From NCBI GenBank assembly GCA_000320545.1, contig ADNK01001668.1, forward strand, positions 1 to 64,000: a stretch of DNA of 64,000 nt, given 5' to 3'. A program made the translations under genes and the position numbers. This document shows positions 25,870 to 41,504 of this stretch, in pieces. The DNA is from Bigelowiella natans CCMP2755. Taxonomy: Eukaryota; Protista; Cercozoa. A model generated the notes under the pieces. The model ran no database searches. It saw nothing but the letters and a program-made list of their open reading frames with translations, and was not told the DNA's origin. Numbering within the stretch: position 1 is the first letter of the stretch; the number at the start of each line of letters is the position of its first letter.

Positions 25870-26985
25870 TACATCCTTAATTCTAAATTATAATTGGACT
25901 TGAGAATGGATGATAGGAGCTGCGACGGCATTTGTGAAGCTCGAACAAATATACCACGAAGACAATGGTGGAAAGGGATTAAAACCTTCTCTGTTTTAAG
26001 TCCAGATTGTCATTTACATTTTGCCCCTTCCTCTTTTTACCATCATTTCCACTCAGTCCCATGATTGCCATCCCCGATAGACAGGCGATGAGGGTTCCCT
26101 GTGCTAAGATACGTGCTGAAAACGAATACGAACATAGAAATTCAAGTGGTAATCAGGGGATGCGTTTAATACAGGTATTACCTCTGGCAAATCGTATTGT
26201 AGGGTTTGCGTTGGGCTTGTAGTACTTGAAAAGAGCAACTCCACCGGCAAATGCAGTTCCGAACATGGCTTAAATTAGCAAGGGGCGTCAGGACTTACTT
26301 ACTCACACGGTGACTGATTTACAGAAGAGTTAAATAAACCTATGGGAAGGGTTGCACTGTTCTTGTCGATTTCATTCCACTTTCCTTGAATTTTATCCGT
26401 AGCGTCGATCGTTGTGTCGGACCCCATGTCGAAGTAAGTGGTTTGTTTTATGAGGGGTTGGAAGGTGAGAATGTGTCTGTGTGGTTGCAAGCACGGGAGA
26501 CGTGTTCTGCGTTCTGCATCTTATCTAAGCGACAATATCATATTTATGTCGTATGGAAGATTCTACATGTCATACATAATACATTCCGTTTAAGTACCCT
26601 TTTTGCGATTTCGGATTTCATGATCAGTAATATGGGATGTCTCTTTCCAATTATTCTATCCCTTTTCTTCAAATTTTAAACGTAGTATCTTCATATATAA
26701 AAAATAACAAACTCTCCTTCAATGTGTGTATACGTCATATCAGTTGAGTTGACGTAGAAGAGGTCTGGACACAAGCGGCTTCTCTTGTCCACGTGTTCGC
26801 GTCTGAGCGACTAGCACACAACTTCTTTTGAGAAATATAGGCCATTTCATGGTAATGTCAGGAGCAATTAGCAGCCATTCGCCAGGTGGCCACTTGCCGC
26901 TCGCAGCCAAAATCTCGAAAATTGGATTTCTGGTATCTACAGGAGACATGAAATAGGAAAAGAAAGTATACAAAATGGATGTCAT
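25870..26985 (-). CDS. Putative small multi-exon gene, product unknown
   Basis: Several exon-like blocks with GT-AG borders (e.g. ~26040-26098, ~26182-26268, ~26308-26515, ~26755-26937), divergent from the ABC1 kinase. Frame and family were not resolved. Confidence 0.35.
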
Positions 26986-27203
26986 TTTAGGATATATGTT
27001 GGGAAGATCGGGTTTTTACGAACAATTTCATGGGATCTTAATCTTAAAATAACCACACGTTAAACATAACTAAGGCCCACCATCCATCCATAGGAAACCA
27101 GACTACTCGTAGCCTATCCCGGAGTAGAACGTTCCCTGCCTTAGCCCGCAGAAACTAATTTTGTAACATCAATCTGCGGCTAAGCGGCTGAAATAACAGA
27201 AGC

Positions 27204-29444
27204 ATGATTGGATTAGTCCTGAAAAGGCGTAACAGCAGCCAGATGACCTGGTGTGTCATGTACATGCTCGTCATTGCATCTCTATCCGCCATGGTCTTAA
27301 CCCGGAGGAAATGGCAACAGAATCTGCAGCTCTCCTTCAGTTCCACAGGTAGCTCCCATGATTAAGCAAGTTAATTTGGCGTAATACTTTAAAAAAAAAT
27401 AAACTAAATCACTTTCGGGCAGGTACTAATGCTCAGCAGATGGTAAGTACCAAACTGCTCCCTACATCCCACAAGAGAGTGGCTGCTGTAGATCTACACA
27501 AATATTCCTGGCCTTTCGAGCATCTACGACGACAGCACACGTATGTAAGAGCAGTTGAAGAAAGATCTCTCATTGATAGAGCACGAAATGCCGCCATTGC
27601 TCAGACTGCAACTGAAGCTGCAAAGGTTCGATATGTCGCTCAATATTTGCATTTTCGTTATAAATGAGTGCAGCAGTCCTCTAAATGAATGTTGCGAATA
27701 ATGACACAGGCAGTGTCGAGTGCTGTCTCAATGAAAAAGTTGGAAGCTCCAGACTTAGATAGCTCTTTCATCAAGGTTGACGACGATGATGCAAGAAAAG
27801 GCCAGGTGGATGAATCAGGCCTTCCATTGGTCTATGATAAGGCACTCATCGAAAAGTTCTGGTGAGTCAATTCTCATATTTTACGACTCAAACTTACGCG
27901 TAAGTAGTGTTTGTATATGATTAAAAAGTAAGATGTGTTGGTGAGACTGTCAAAGGATGCTACTATCGTAGAATTCGTTTTTTAAATCTATTGAAGTAAC
28001 TGTGTGGTTGTTTCACTCTTATTGCGACGTGTGTTTAATTTGATTGTGCCTGCACAACATTTACATCCCTCTCTTTCGCTGCAGAAATGTTTGAAGTTAC
28101 GAGTGTTTGGTTGTCATCATTACACCCGTATTCCATTCCTTCTTATTACAACAACTATCTATTTATTGATACGTATATGTCTTACCTTCTCATTAAACAA
28201 CCATTTATTTATTGGCACACATATATCTTATCGAAATCAGGGAAAACGAGAAGGGAGCTTTACAGAAGCGATGGACGGAGTTCTTGGGTTTTTCTATCCC
28301 ATACATCACAAAGTTGGCAGGGTACCTCATAACTGGAGGTACAGACGAATTGGCCAAACATGATGTGGAGCTGGCAAGAGAAGCTAGAATTATAATGGAG
28401 AAATTAGGACCTACGTATATCAAGCTCGGCCAAACTCTTTCTGTGAGTAATAGTAGTAGTAGTAGTAGCAGTACTAGGCATTGTATTATCGGCATATCAA
28501 TTAAGAAGTACTCGGACAAACATTGTCTTCTCCTCTGTGAGTATTATTTGTTGGCAGCGTATACATATGTAAATACCATATATGCTCGGACAATCTCTTT
28601 TTGCTGCTTTTACTATAAATTAGAATATTTGTAGTTAACAGCTGTCTTATCTAAACTAATTTTATATCGTTGTCTCCTCTTCTGTTTCTTCTTCTTCCTC
28701 TTCTTTTCCTTTTCTCCTTCTTCTTCTTCTTCTTCTTCTTCTTCTTCTTCTTCTTCTTCACAGGTCAGGCCTGATGTGCTTCCACAGGCTGCTCTTGAGC
28801 AACTAGCTATTCTCCAAGACAATGTAAAGCGATTTCCTACGAAAATCGCATATGAAGTCATCGAGAAGGAGCTTGGAGTTCCATTTGAGGCTATTTTCGA
28901 CGAAATATCTGAAGAACCTGTCGCTGCAGCCTCGTTAGCTCAAGTCTATCGAGCACGTTTGCGTGAAAGTGGTGAATACGTCGCTATCAAAGTGCAGAGA
29001 CCGGACATCCGAGAAATGGTTTCGAAAGACTTGTACGTACTACGAAGAGCTGCTGAAGTTTATCAAGGTTTGGTAGAGCGTTTTGCGCCCCAACAGAAGG
29101 TAGTAGTACCTACTAATACCTACTATGAGGTGGTGATGGTAATGATGGTAATGATGGTGGTGATAATAATTGTAATAATTCTCATTCCCTCTTCTCTCTT
29201 TATATAGACGGACTACGTAGCTCTCCTAAACGAATGGGCTGTTGGTTTCTACACAGAGCTTGATTTTATGAATGAGGCCAAAAATCAAATGGAACTCAAA
29301 AGTGCTCTGGAAGAACGAGGTAGCGCTGGGGTTTACATTCCAAGAGTCTACGAGGAATACTCATCCCAGAAGCTCCTGGTTTCAGAATGGGTAGTACGTA
29401 GTCATAGCTATCTTGATTATCATGGTGATGATTATCACCATCTC

Positions 29445-29479
<35 letters not shown>

Positions 29480-31516
29480 ACTCTCAAAATCATCAGATTG
29501 ACGGAGTGAAGTTGTCAAGGTGCGAGCCCTCAGAGATACGCGAGTTAATTGATATAGGTCAGGAGGTGTTCCTGACACAACTTCTGCAGCTTGGGTTTTT
29601 CCACGGAGATCCCCACCCGGGAAATTTGCTAAAGATAACTAGTAGCGGGGATGGGGAGGAGGAAGGAGGTGATAATAAGGGAAATGCCAAGCTAGCATTG
29701 CTGGATTTTGGACTTATGGCCAAGATCAAAGACACAGATATAGATATGATGGTCAGCTCTATCATCCATTGTGCAAACAAAGATTACGCGTCATTGGTAG
29801 ATGATTTCATCGGTTTAAGGATTCTCCCTCCAGATTGTGATCGAAGCAAGGTTGTCCCTCTAATGGACAAAGCTTTATCCCCTTACGTGAAAGGAGGTGG
29901 TGCTAAAAAGTACGAAGAAGAACTTAAAAAGATGTATGGAATGGATGGATCTACTGAGGCCACCGTTGGAGGTTTCCAGGCTATGACGCAGGATTTCCTT
30001 ACGGTGTGTCGTTGTAATCAATATTATTATTATTATTATTATTACTATTATTACCACTAATAAAGATTTCTTTATGGTTGTCGTTATCATTATTACTACT
30101 ACCACCACTACCACTACCACTACTACTACTACTACTACTATTGCAGGAGCATTCACACTAGTAATTATAAGAGCAGTAGCAGCGCTGGCATGAAGAATAA
30201 CCTGCAAGTCATCATGATCATCATCATCATCACTAGCAGCATTTAAATCATTATCACTCATATATCTTGTTTCCTTCTTCTCCTCCATCTCTCTCTAGGT
30301 TCTTAACGATATTCCTTTTGCAATACCCCCTTACTTTGCTATTCTTGGACGAGCAATTGTGACTCTGGAAGGAGTCGCACTAACAGGCAATCCTGACTAC
30401 GGCATAATCATGGAATCGTACCCATTTGTGGCGAGAAAGCTACTGAGAGAAGATAGGCCTGAAATTCAAAAGTCATTACAGCAAGTGTTATATGGTACAA
30501 ATGATGGTACATTGGGAGCTGAACGTTTGGCAGTTTTGCTTAACAGTGCGATGGGGGTTGTCGCAAGAGAGAGTGGAAGTGCCTTCGTAGACCTTGATAC
30601 GATCCCCAAGGATGCAGTTAGTATGGACATTGCCCTTAAATTCTTCCTCAGTGAAAAATCATTGGGACTCAGAAACTTACTTGTTGATGAAGCTGTGAAC
30701 GTTGCTGATATTCTTGTGCGCCAAGGGGTGAGGAAAGCAGTCAATACATTGTCGGTTTCAATTCAACGACCTTTACCTTTTATTCCTTTCCTACCACAAC
30801 TTCCGTCGTTCGATGAAGTACCATTACCAGTGCTACTTCCAACACTCAATTTAGCAGCAGCTACACCAGGAGGAAGAGGAGGAGGAGATATTGGTAGTAT
30901 GGGAAGCAATAGTTTTCAAGAAAATCAAGAACAAAAGCAGACATCGTCGTCGTCTTCTTCAGAATATATATTGGGTAATAACGAGAACAACAACAACATT
31001 AACAAAAACGGTGGTGAGATTGCGGATGATCTCCCACCTTTTTCTTTAACACCATCTATCGTTACACCGAAAGAGCTTCTTAATACTGTTACGCCTAAGT
31101 TATCACGGGAGGAGGAAATATATGCACTATCTATCGTTGACCTGGCTGAGAAGACATTGGGAAAAGAAGTAGCGGCAATCATCAATGGTGATACGCTGAG
31201 TAACCCTACAGCTCTTGTAAGGGTAGTTCTATCCTTTCTTGCATCAACAGATGTAAAGACAGCCATTAGATCTATTTCACCAGATATTCTCGGGACCACT
31301 GTTTTGACATCATCTTCGATGAGTAGCACTAGTGGCAATAGCGATGAAGAAAGAAGCAGCTTTGGTACTCTTTCTGATATGGAGAAGATACTCGACGATC
31401 TTACTGATAAAGAGCGTAATGCACTGAGCGAATTCGGAAGAAAAGTAGTCATAGGAGTGTGGGAACGATTCTCAGAGCGTTCTATAGAAATAACAGCATC
31501 ACCAACTACCGCATAG
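27204..31516 (+). CDS. ABC1/UbiB-family atypical kinase (plastid ABC1K type) with bipartite leader
   Basis: Leader MIGLVLKRRNSSQMTWCVMYMLVIASLSAMVL; LGPTYIKLGQTLSVRPD, PVAAASLAQVYRA, VAIKVQRP, ELDFMNEA, FFHGDPHPGNLL, LLDFGL, IPPYFAILGRAIVTLEG. Confidence 0.95.
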
Positions 31517-31543
31517 CTGTGGTACCAATGAAGAAAAGTTACT

Positions 31544-31589
<46 letters not shown>

Positions 31590-31779
31590 AAATACATCGG
31601 AGAAGGTTGAAGAGGAGGAGGATGAGGAGAACAGATTTTGCTCCATCGTAACATAATTAAGTATGGAATTTAGTATGCTGACCATCTGGCTAAGAGAGAA
31701 GTATTTGCAGTAGCAGCATTATGGACGAAGAGGATTTGATGATGATGAGTTGGTAGTTTTATAGTAGAATTATAAGAAG

Positions 31780-32900
31780 ATCTGGATGCATGTAAAGTCA
31801 AAAATCAAACTATTGGATCGCACGTACAAACAGGATGTGTCTACGCGGCTGGCGCCATGCTATACCTTGCGAGCAATGATTTTGCTTTGAAGAAATATTC
31901 GCAATACAGAGAGAGGCAGTAGTCCTTTATACTGTGTAATGGCGACACGACGTACGATAGCTCATTAGGCGTCGTATCGCCAAAGATGACGATTTCAGCT
32001 TTATGTGTATGTCGTAAACAAGGCGGCAGCTGCTATACTAGTATAGCGATATGCAATCTTGCCTTATTCAAAGCGAGCCGCAACATATGCACATGTGCAT
32101 GTGTGTGTCCAAATGCACAATATGCGCATGAGACAGATGCAATGAACAAATTGCAAGCACATGCATGCACGTTACGTTACATCTAGCTTTCCATAGCTAC
32201 ATCAGTAGGGCATGTCAATTGAAAAAAATTGGCATTTGCTCATTGCATCCGTCTCAAATGTGGACATGCCACGCTAGCATATGGTCCACGTGCATGCATG
32301 TCTAGATGTGTCTGCTAGCTCGGGATTCGTACGTCACAACAATGCAGATTGCAATTGACAATGGCTGCATCTAGATTTGCACACGTGCATGCTGATGCAG
32401 ACGCTCATGATCGAGCATGCACAAGAGGCATGTCTTGTCTCATGATGCGCAAGATGCATGCAGCACAAGAGAATCGAACATCGGTGGTGTGCATGAGCAC
32501 AGTGGTAGTAGCTTAGCCTCACTAGTAAAAGTAGGAACCAACAACGTACATGTTGACCGCCTTTCGAAGTCACGCACGTCTAGACGTGCGCACAGCAAGC
32601 TAGCATTGTGCGCTTGCCATGAGGCTCATGCTAGCTAGCTGCATGATGGACGGATTGCGTAGCAAGCCCAACTAGCACAATGCATGGACACAACAATGCA
32701 CAATGCACACCATGCATGTGCATGTGTGTGTATGTGTGCATGTTACATGTCTGTCTATCATCAGCATTTCTAGACTTGTTTGCACGTGCGCTGTGCATAG
32801 CAAAGCTAGATGTGAGGTGCGTCATTGTGCCATGAAGCATGCACATATACATAACATTTAAAACAGCGTCCAATAGGACATGCTACCATGTATTGCTACG
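31780..32900. other. TpA-poor, TG/CA- and CTAG-rich intergenic island
   Basis: About 13 CTAG in 32180-32810; mixed TG/CA runs such as catgcatgtgcatgtgtgtg; lies between convergent 3' ends. Confidence 0.8.
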
Positions 32901-33093
32901 TCTCCTTCATCGGCGACCAAAATAAGTCGTAAGACTCGAGAACAATAATGTTAATGATGATAATGATGTTAACGTCTTATAGCAAAGCAATGGCTAGCGT
33001 TTGTAGTCGACAAAGAGAGATAGTATAGTGAAATTGTGCGTGCTGCTGTAACGATATTAGAGCATTTTCTTAGCGGAGGAAAGCTATGAATAA

Positions 33094-33134
<41 letters not shown>

Positions 33135-33199
33135 ATATACATATATACATAATTATTTTGATGAATAACCAATAATTATTCCAAGAGGTGCCTCGTGTC

Positions 33200-33395
33200 C
33201 TATCCGTGTTGTTTGCTACGTTGGTACATTTTCAAGATTCTTCTCGCTTGAGGAGCCTGCATGAAGTCAAAAGCAACAAGAACGATGACCCAACAACATA
33301 ACATTGTTTTCATGCGATCATAAAATTACGAATTCTCAAATTCTCATTAAAATGTACTTGGAACAGCAGTAGTAGTTAGTTGTGTTGTTATTATT

Positions 33396-33426
<31 letters not shown>

Positions 33427-33640
33427 CGTGAGTTCGCACCTGCCAGGCAAACATAACTACAACGACGGTCAGATCGTCACTGCTTCCTGCCAATAGGGCT
33501 CTATTTTTGACCTAGAATCGACGATATTCAAATGACGTTCATAGTCATGATGATAACTTACAATATCACCGTAGAGGTGTCATCATCCTTGTTTATAATT
33601 ATGCAAGCATGCTACTACTCTCCTTAGAGGTAAAAAAATC

Positions 33641-33678
<38 letters not shown>

Positions 33679-34156
33679 TATAGGTTTGTGCGACACAACC
33701 GCTTCAGCTGCTGCATGAGGATCACCTGATATACAAACAAGTACACTGATTATCAGAATTATGCAAATCGTACCACAGCCGCACCAAAATGAATGCATGC
33801 ATACGACGACGTCACATACCCCAGTTCTCCGCAACAATATCCACAACACTTTGGCTATCTGTTTACGTTTTCTTGCAATATTAGTGGTGCTCCCTAGGTT
33901 GATCAAAGAAGAACACTACCCCCCCCCTCTCCACACACACACTAGAAAGAGACTTTCTTATTGTTACGAGAATGTCATTATTTCTCAAAATCATCTTGAT
34001 GAAATCATCAATTATCAAGACGATAACCTACCTAATACGTCAAAGATGCCATCACAAGCTAGCACCGCAAATAAGTCAATCGGTGATATTGGAACAACGT
34101 GCACCTAATTTTAGTTTCATTATCATCATCATCATCATCATCATCGTCGTCGTCGT

Positions 34157-34194
<38 letters not shown>

Positions 34195-34311
34195 TAGTAG
34201 TAATACTAGTAGTAGTAGAAGTAGTAGTACCTCAGGCTGAGAACTAACAATTTTCTTCGGTCTCTTCAAGTCTCTATCACCAAAAGCACGGGATACCTAT
34301 GATTGCGGTCG

Positions 34312-34342
<31 letters not shown>

Positions 34343-35236
34343 AAGTGTAAGATTCTTTGAGGATTGAAGGTAAGGGAGATTATGACGTTGTCTCACCATT
34401 GATAATAATCTTCTTCATTCATAAAAATAGAATACAAATATTGGATGCTTACTATCTATAGCCACCAATGATATTCATAATTAAAATAGTAGTATTTTCA
34501 CCGCAAGCATAGCCTGAGGCCTCTTGTGTTTAGACGATGAAAGACCAGTTGTAGTAGTAGCACCATTAGGGTCATCATTGTGAGCTGCTGCATACACTCT
34601 CCATGTCTTTAACACTTTGGCCACTTGACCTCCATTTCGTCTAATTCTTTCCACCTCATCTGGACGATTTGGTTTGTGATCTTCTGATAAAGGGACCTAG
34701 CAGCCGCAGCAGCAGCAGCAGACATTCAACGATAACACCACGATATCATAATAAGCAAATAACCCTCATCTACTCATCAAGAATGTTTCCATGAGGGTAT
34801 TAAGAAGAAGTCCACAATAATCCAAAATATTATGTGTACATGAGTTGGCCCCTTGATGTTCATACTTTGTTATAATTATTATCATCATCATCATCATCAT
34901 ATCTTTCTTACCGCAATGCCTCCCCGGCATAAGACCCCACGTGAATCCCCCAAATTTGCAACGTAAAGCTTTGATATATATATATATATATATAAGAGAA
35001 TAGAAAAGTAGTGGGATAATTATAGCAACTGTAATTGTTTCGATAGTACGATCATGCCTTCAACTACGACGACTACTACTACTACTGTAATTGTTTCGAT
35101 AGTACGATCATGCCTTCAACTACGACGACTACTACTACTACTGTAATTGTTTCGATAGTACGATCATGCCTTCAACTACGACTACTACTACTACTACTGT
35201 AATTGTTTCGATAGTACGATCATGCCTTCAACTACG

Positions 35237-35268
<32 letters not shown>

Positions 35269-35962
35269 GTGGCAATGAGAAATCGTAGAGTAACAAATAG
35301 TACTTCAACTACTTCTAAGTTCGTGCTATCTACCACGAGTCCACTACCTCTACTACTACTACTTCCTCTGTTATTATTCCAATGATTGATCATATATCAG
35401 GTCATATCATCACCTGCAATGCATCTACTCTCTCGCCATGTAAACATGCCAAAACCGCACAGCTTCCTATAGTATAATAATATCAATTACAATGATTAGT
35501 AAATGGGATGCTCACTATTTCAGTACACCTTTAAATATATGATGATAATGACGATGACGATGATAATGACGATAATCAATTTCTACTTTACCTTGCAATC
35601 CATTCCGTGGGTTAGAAATCCAGTCTGATTCCAACTGTCATATTTAGTAATTTCAGGGAGAATAATCGACGTGAGTATGAGTGCGTGTGCGTGTGTGTGT
35701 GTGTGTTTCAGCAACTTGCTGCTCCGTGTACATGATATACTACCACCACCACAACATATGATGATAATGATGATGATGATGATGTATTGTGGGAATAATA
35801 TATTCACTCATTCACTCACATAATAAAAGACCTGTCTAAAAGCATTGGACAATGCTGTTATCATTGCCTTTTCCCTTCCTTTTCATTATGAATATACTCA
35901 AATTAGTAGGAATTTAAAACTAGGTGTAGAAGATAGGTAGCTAGGTTGATAGGTAGGTAGTG

Positions 35963-35995
<33 letters not shown>

Positions 35996-36024
35996 ATTCC
36001 CATCAAATTTCAGCAAGAAGAGAC

Positions 36025-36059
<35 letters not shown>

Positions 36060-36230
36060 AAACGACCTGCTGCATGAAGTTGCTTCTTGCTTTGATCATC
36101 AATGCTAATCATCATATCCCCCCCCCCTCCTTTTTCTCCATCATCATCATCATCACCTATATAATGGCCACAGTAGTAGTATTATCAGCACTAGTGCACA
36201 CAGCACTCATACCATCCGCACAGGAAAATA

Positions 36231-36285
<55 letters not shown>

Positions 36286-36397
36286 AATGGAGGGCTGTGT
36301 AGGGAGAAATCAATGCGGAGCAGTTTTGCCTTATTTACAAGAGAAGATTTTAGCAGTAGTATATTACAGTTGTTGTTGTTCAAATTCTGATATCATG

Positions 36398-36438
<41 letters not shown>

Positions 36439-37042
36439 CCATCATCAATCACGCTCTTTAAATCCTGAGCACATACCACCTGTACCTGCTTTTATTCTAA
36501 GATCTGAGTCGTCATCATATTCTTCTTCTTCATCATCATCTTCATCTTTAACGTCAGTTGGTGCTTGTGCTAGACCCTCTTTAGGATATTCCCATTGAGT
36601 AGCTCCTATCATGATAAATAATGATCACAACGATGATAAATCATTGATAAATAGCACCCTTGTATATACTACTATCTCGGTGTATCATGATGAAATCGCT
36701 CATATTACATGTTTTCCTCTCATCATTGGTAGTGGTAGTGGTAGTAGTAGTAATTAATATGACCTGTGACAGTATGATAATAATATGTGGAATTGGATGC
36801 GGCATCAAACCTACTCATTCATTATATTATCACCCACAAATATCTATTTAATCGTCAAATTAGTAGTAGCCTGTAAGGGTATGACGTTCCGATGTTTTCT
36901 CGTAAACATTTAAAATGTATTATTTTGTGAGATTGTTGTTTGTTTGTTGTGTTTGTTGTAAGTCAACCACTCAATCCAGCCTGATCCGAACGATTCTTCA
37001 AGAAACGAAGAGGACGATAACCTGTGTAGTTATATGTTATTC

Positions 37043-37081
<39 letters not shown>

Positions 37082-37546
37082 TGTTGTTGCTGCTGCTGCT
37101 GCTGCTGGGTGTACAAAAGTAAAGTCGTGGTTATATTATTAACTGTGCTGCTGCTGCTGTTGTTGTCCCGTTGATGCTATCTTCTATCTCCAAAAAGTCT
37201 CCTTCCTCCTCCTCCTCCTCCTCCTTCTCCTTCTTCGATTCATCTTTGTTATTCTCTGCTGCTGCTGCTGCTGCTGGTGTGGTATAATGTCCAAGATTTT
37301 GAGAAATATCTTCATCTGAGTAGTCACGTCTGTGCTGATGTTTTTCTCTTCAGAATCTAGTTCTTCCTGTTGTTTTTCCAATATTCTTCTCTTTTCCTTT
37401 TCATTTGCTGCCATTCTATCCTCTTCATAATCATCTGACTGCTGTGGATTTTATGATGCAATATCATTTGTGTTAATTTATTTCCATGATGTATATTCTC
37501 GAGCGTAGCAATTTCAGGGTGTGTGCAAGGGCGGGAGGGGGGGGGA

Positions 37547-37594
<48 letters not shown>

Positions 37595-38674
37595 ACAACA
37601 GGTTAATTGATCATATTGGTTCTCTACATCTACAAGAATCTCTCTATGGAATGAACACAGCAGCAGAACATTGTATCCATGTGTTGTTTGGTGCTCATAT
37701 CTTCCATCATCAACAGCTTTATTGAATTACGTCGCTGCTATTGTAAAAGGCTGAAAATTTAGTTCCGATGTATCTTAGTTTTGGTAGGTCTTCTTCATCA
37801 TCATCCTCCATTCTACGAATATTAGATGCAATTTAAGGAAGAAGAAGAAGAAGAAGAAGAAGAAGAAGAAGAGGGCTACGATGACAGTGATGATGATCAC
37901 AAGTAGGCTACTCATCCTCCCTCCTTTCCTCCTATTCTAGTTACATGATATGTGATATATCCAGTGCTATTATTAGAATCTACAAATACTACTATTACAA
38001 CAACAACAACTACTACTACCACCACTACTACTGCATGTTTCTTCTTTCTTCTTCTTCATCATCATCATTTCCTTGTTCTTCATCTTTGCATATCCCCCTC
38101 TCATTTTATCCTCTCCTTTTTCCCTCATTGTTTTTTTGCCTTTGGCGTCGTAAGTGGCGGTCCCTAATATCCTTCCTTCGTTGATAGGATCTTGCAGCTG
38201 ATGTTTGTGTCCTCCTCCTCCTCCTCCTCCATTGCAAATACTCTCTCTCGGATATATCATATAAATGGGTACTATTTGTGAAGAGAACGGTAGCATTGTT
38301 CTCAGGGTAGCCCTGATAGTAGTAGTAGTAGTAGTAGTAGCAGACACCAATAACAACATCATTAACAACAACAACACACACACACACACACGCATGTGAT
38401 CACTGTCAAAGAGTGATTACTAGTTTGTAGGAGGAAGAAAACAATCACAACACTTAAGTCATTCTACTATCACTTTCCTTACCTCAGAAGCAGCGTATGT
38501 TACAAGATGAATGCTTTGCCTCCGTCCCTCAAGGGTGTAGTACTTCTTCACGTTATCTTTATTACTACTACTACTACTACTTCTACCGCTACTGCTACCA
38601 CTGGACAAAGCGAGGCCTGAGTAGGCACAATCATACCTGATGTGATCATACCAGACAGACAGGGACAAAATGAG

Positions 38675-38722
<48 letters not shown>

Positions 38723-39220
38723 CATAAATCAACTTATTTTAGCCTTTTTTCTTCTTCTCACTCATTCATTAGGTAACGATGAAATGGAGAATCGTTATTG
38801 TACTAGGCTCTTACTCACCAATGATACTTCTCCTTATCTTCCTCTTCTTTCTCCTGAGAATAGTAGTAGCAGTATTATAGTCGCATGGATACTAATTATG
38901 TCAAGATATATCAAATGATAATGCGTCATCTAACCTGATAGTAGTGTCAATTTACACCCATGACATCTAGCTAGAGCATCGGTACAAGATAGATAACATA
39001 TATTATATATCATCGCAGATACATCGTAATCGAAGACAGTCCATTGAACTTGCAGTTCTTCATTCATAAGCGGTAGGAACATATCAGGGTCGTTATCTAG
39101 TAGTAGTAGTAGTCGTAGCAGCAGCACCAGTAGTAGTAGTAGAAGAAGAAGAAGAAGAAGAAGAAGGGACTTTGTTACATTAACAGTACAGATTCACCAA
39201 GAAGATGCATCATTGAGTGT

Positions 39221-39258
<38 letters not shown>

Positions 39259-40679
39259 CGCTGTGAGAGAAAAATATACAAACGAAGAAAAAAATGATAA
39301 TAAGTTGTTCCATTACCACCAGCAGCACTACCACAAACAGCATTATTTCATTCGTTGAGCATTACTATATAATACACTCATAATAATACAGTGTTGTTGC
39401 TACTATCTATCTATCTATCATCCTCGAGGACAGACAAGACGACACATTATTCAAGTTTCGTATAGGAAAAGATCTAATACATCATCATCATCATCATCAT
39501 CATCATGACATATTAGAAACAAGTTGGATGATGATGATGCTAATAGCTGTTTCTACTACTAGTAGTACTTCCAAAGGCGGTAGTTCTCTTAATCCGCCCA
39601 GATAGAGGGAAACAATCAGAGTCGGAAGAGGAGCCATGTTCTGGTGGTGGTGGTACTGGTGCTGATGATGATGACACCAAAGACTTTTGCAAACCAAAGA
39701 GCAGGAGGGGGATAAATGATAATAACATCAATAATACGAGAGGGTGAAACAACAAAGGAAAAGAGGTTGAAGACAACTCCTGCTGCTGCTACTGCTCTGA
39801 AATCATGAAGAGGAGGAAAAAATAATAACTGATGATGGTGTCAATGTTGATGTCAAAACATTGATGTTCATGTAATATAACCCTTAACCAAAACCAACAG
39901 TTATCTACTAAAAACCTACATTCTTCATTCTCCTGTTCTGACTGAATATCATTTGTGTTTCTCCTGGCAGGTGCAATAACAAGTAGAAGTACTCATCAAA
40001 CTGCAATAATTACACGTTATTACATTAGCAACGCCAACTAGTTTCAATAATACGCATCTTATTTCTATTCACACAACCGTCTTCATCGCCTCCTTTTTGC
40101 CATCGTTCTTGCGTTGTTCCGTCATTGTTCTTTGAAGTCAGTTTCCTCCACCTAGCCCTGTATGTCACAATCTGTTCGTCCTCGTCATCTCTAATAATAG
40201 CGCCCTTTTTGCTTTCAAACAGCTGCTTTTTGAGAATCTTTAGTCTATGATCTTTTTGATCTAATCTTGGGTCAATTCTCAGGCCATTTTGAAGGGATTC
40301 CATTCGATCACTACACCACACCAACAGAAAGCAGAAGAAGAGGGAAAAACTACGTTACTATTTTTGTACATTAACTACAAATTCATGCTAGTCGTCATCA
40401 TATTCGTAATTGTTAAATTTATAGGGATTATTAAGTGATCATGATTACAAGGCTGCTGCTGCTACGACCCAATCGCGTCTCAATTTTGCTGCCTATTGAT
40501 CATTATTTGTTATACTTTTAAGAACAAGAAAGATCAGGATAGAGGGAGAAATTCATGATTATGAAAATGAAATGGATGATGGGAGGAAAGAAAGAAACGT
40601 ATTATTCCAATTACACCAACATATAATGATGATATGGATAACGACTATAGAGATGAATTAGAGCACAGATGGTAATGGA

Positions 40680-40723
<44 letters not shown>

Positions 40724-41185
40724 GGGGGGGGGGGAGGAGAGACAGAGGGGGAGACAGAGAGACAGAGATTACACTAATAAACACTGATGATACGGATGAC
40801 ACTGACCAATATTTATTAACAACAATCATGAGTCGTCATAAAGCAGTTGACTTGATCATATTATCATCATTATCCAAATAATGACAAACCTGCTACACCT
40901 ACTACTACTACTACTGCTACTACCTGTGTGTATTTCTCCAGCCTTTTCAGTCTTGTAAATAAATCATCAATTTCCGCATCGACGTCGTAGCTGATTTTGT
41001 TCAAATGATATCATAATACTCATAAAATAATAATACCACCGATTATATTGACACACGATACATCATCATCATTATCATGACACTACTTACTAAGTAGTAC
41101 CCTTGAGGAAGTTCCCAGATGGTAGTACCATCATTCCCCAAAAACATATTTGTATTCCCCATTGGGTGTACATATGTATCTGCAA

Positions 41186-41222
<37 letters not shown>

Positions 41223-41322
41223 ACCACCAGCCAAAACACCGACCGACGAAGCAGCACCATGATGTTCTTTATCGTAAGAAGTATGTCAGTAGTATTATTT
41301 GGGTGCTATGCAAACTAGTTGC

Positions 41323-41353
<31 letters not shown>

Positions 41354-41473
41354 CATGGTAGTAGAAAGCTTAGCATTATCCAAACGAAAACAAAGACAAA
41401 ATACACTCATTCTCTTTAACTGAACATCCAACTAAGTTTCAACTACCCAAATCGTGTCCATTGAAGTTGTTGT

Positions 41474-41504
<31 letters not shown>

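Noticed and set aside
35028-35268. CRISPR-like array
   Set aside because: Units are separated only by variable (ACT)n, with no unique spacers and no cas genes; it is an intronic minisatellite in a eukaryote.
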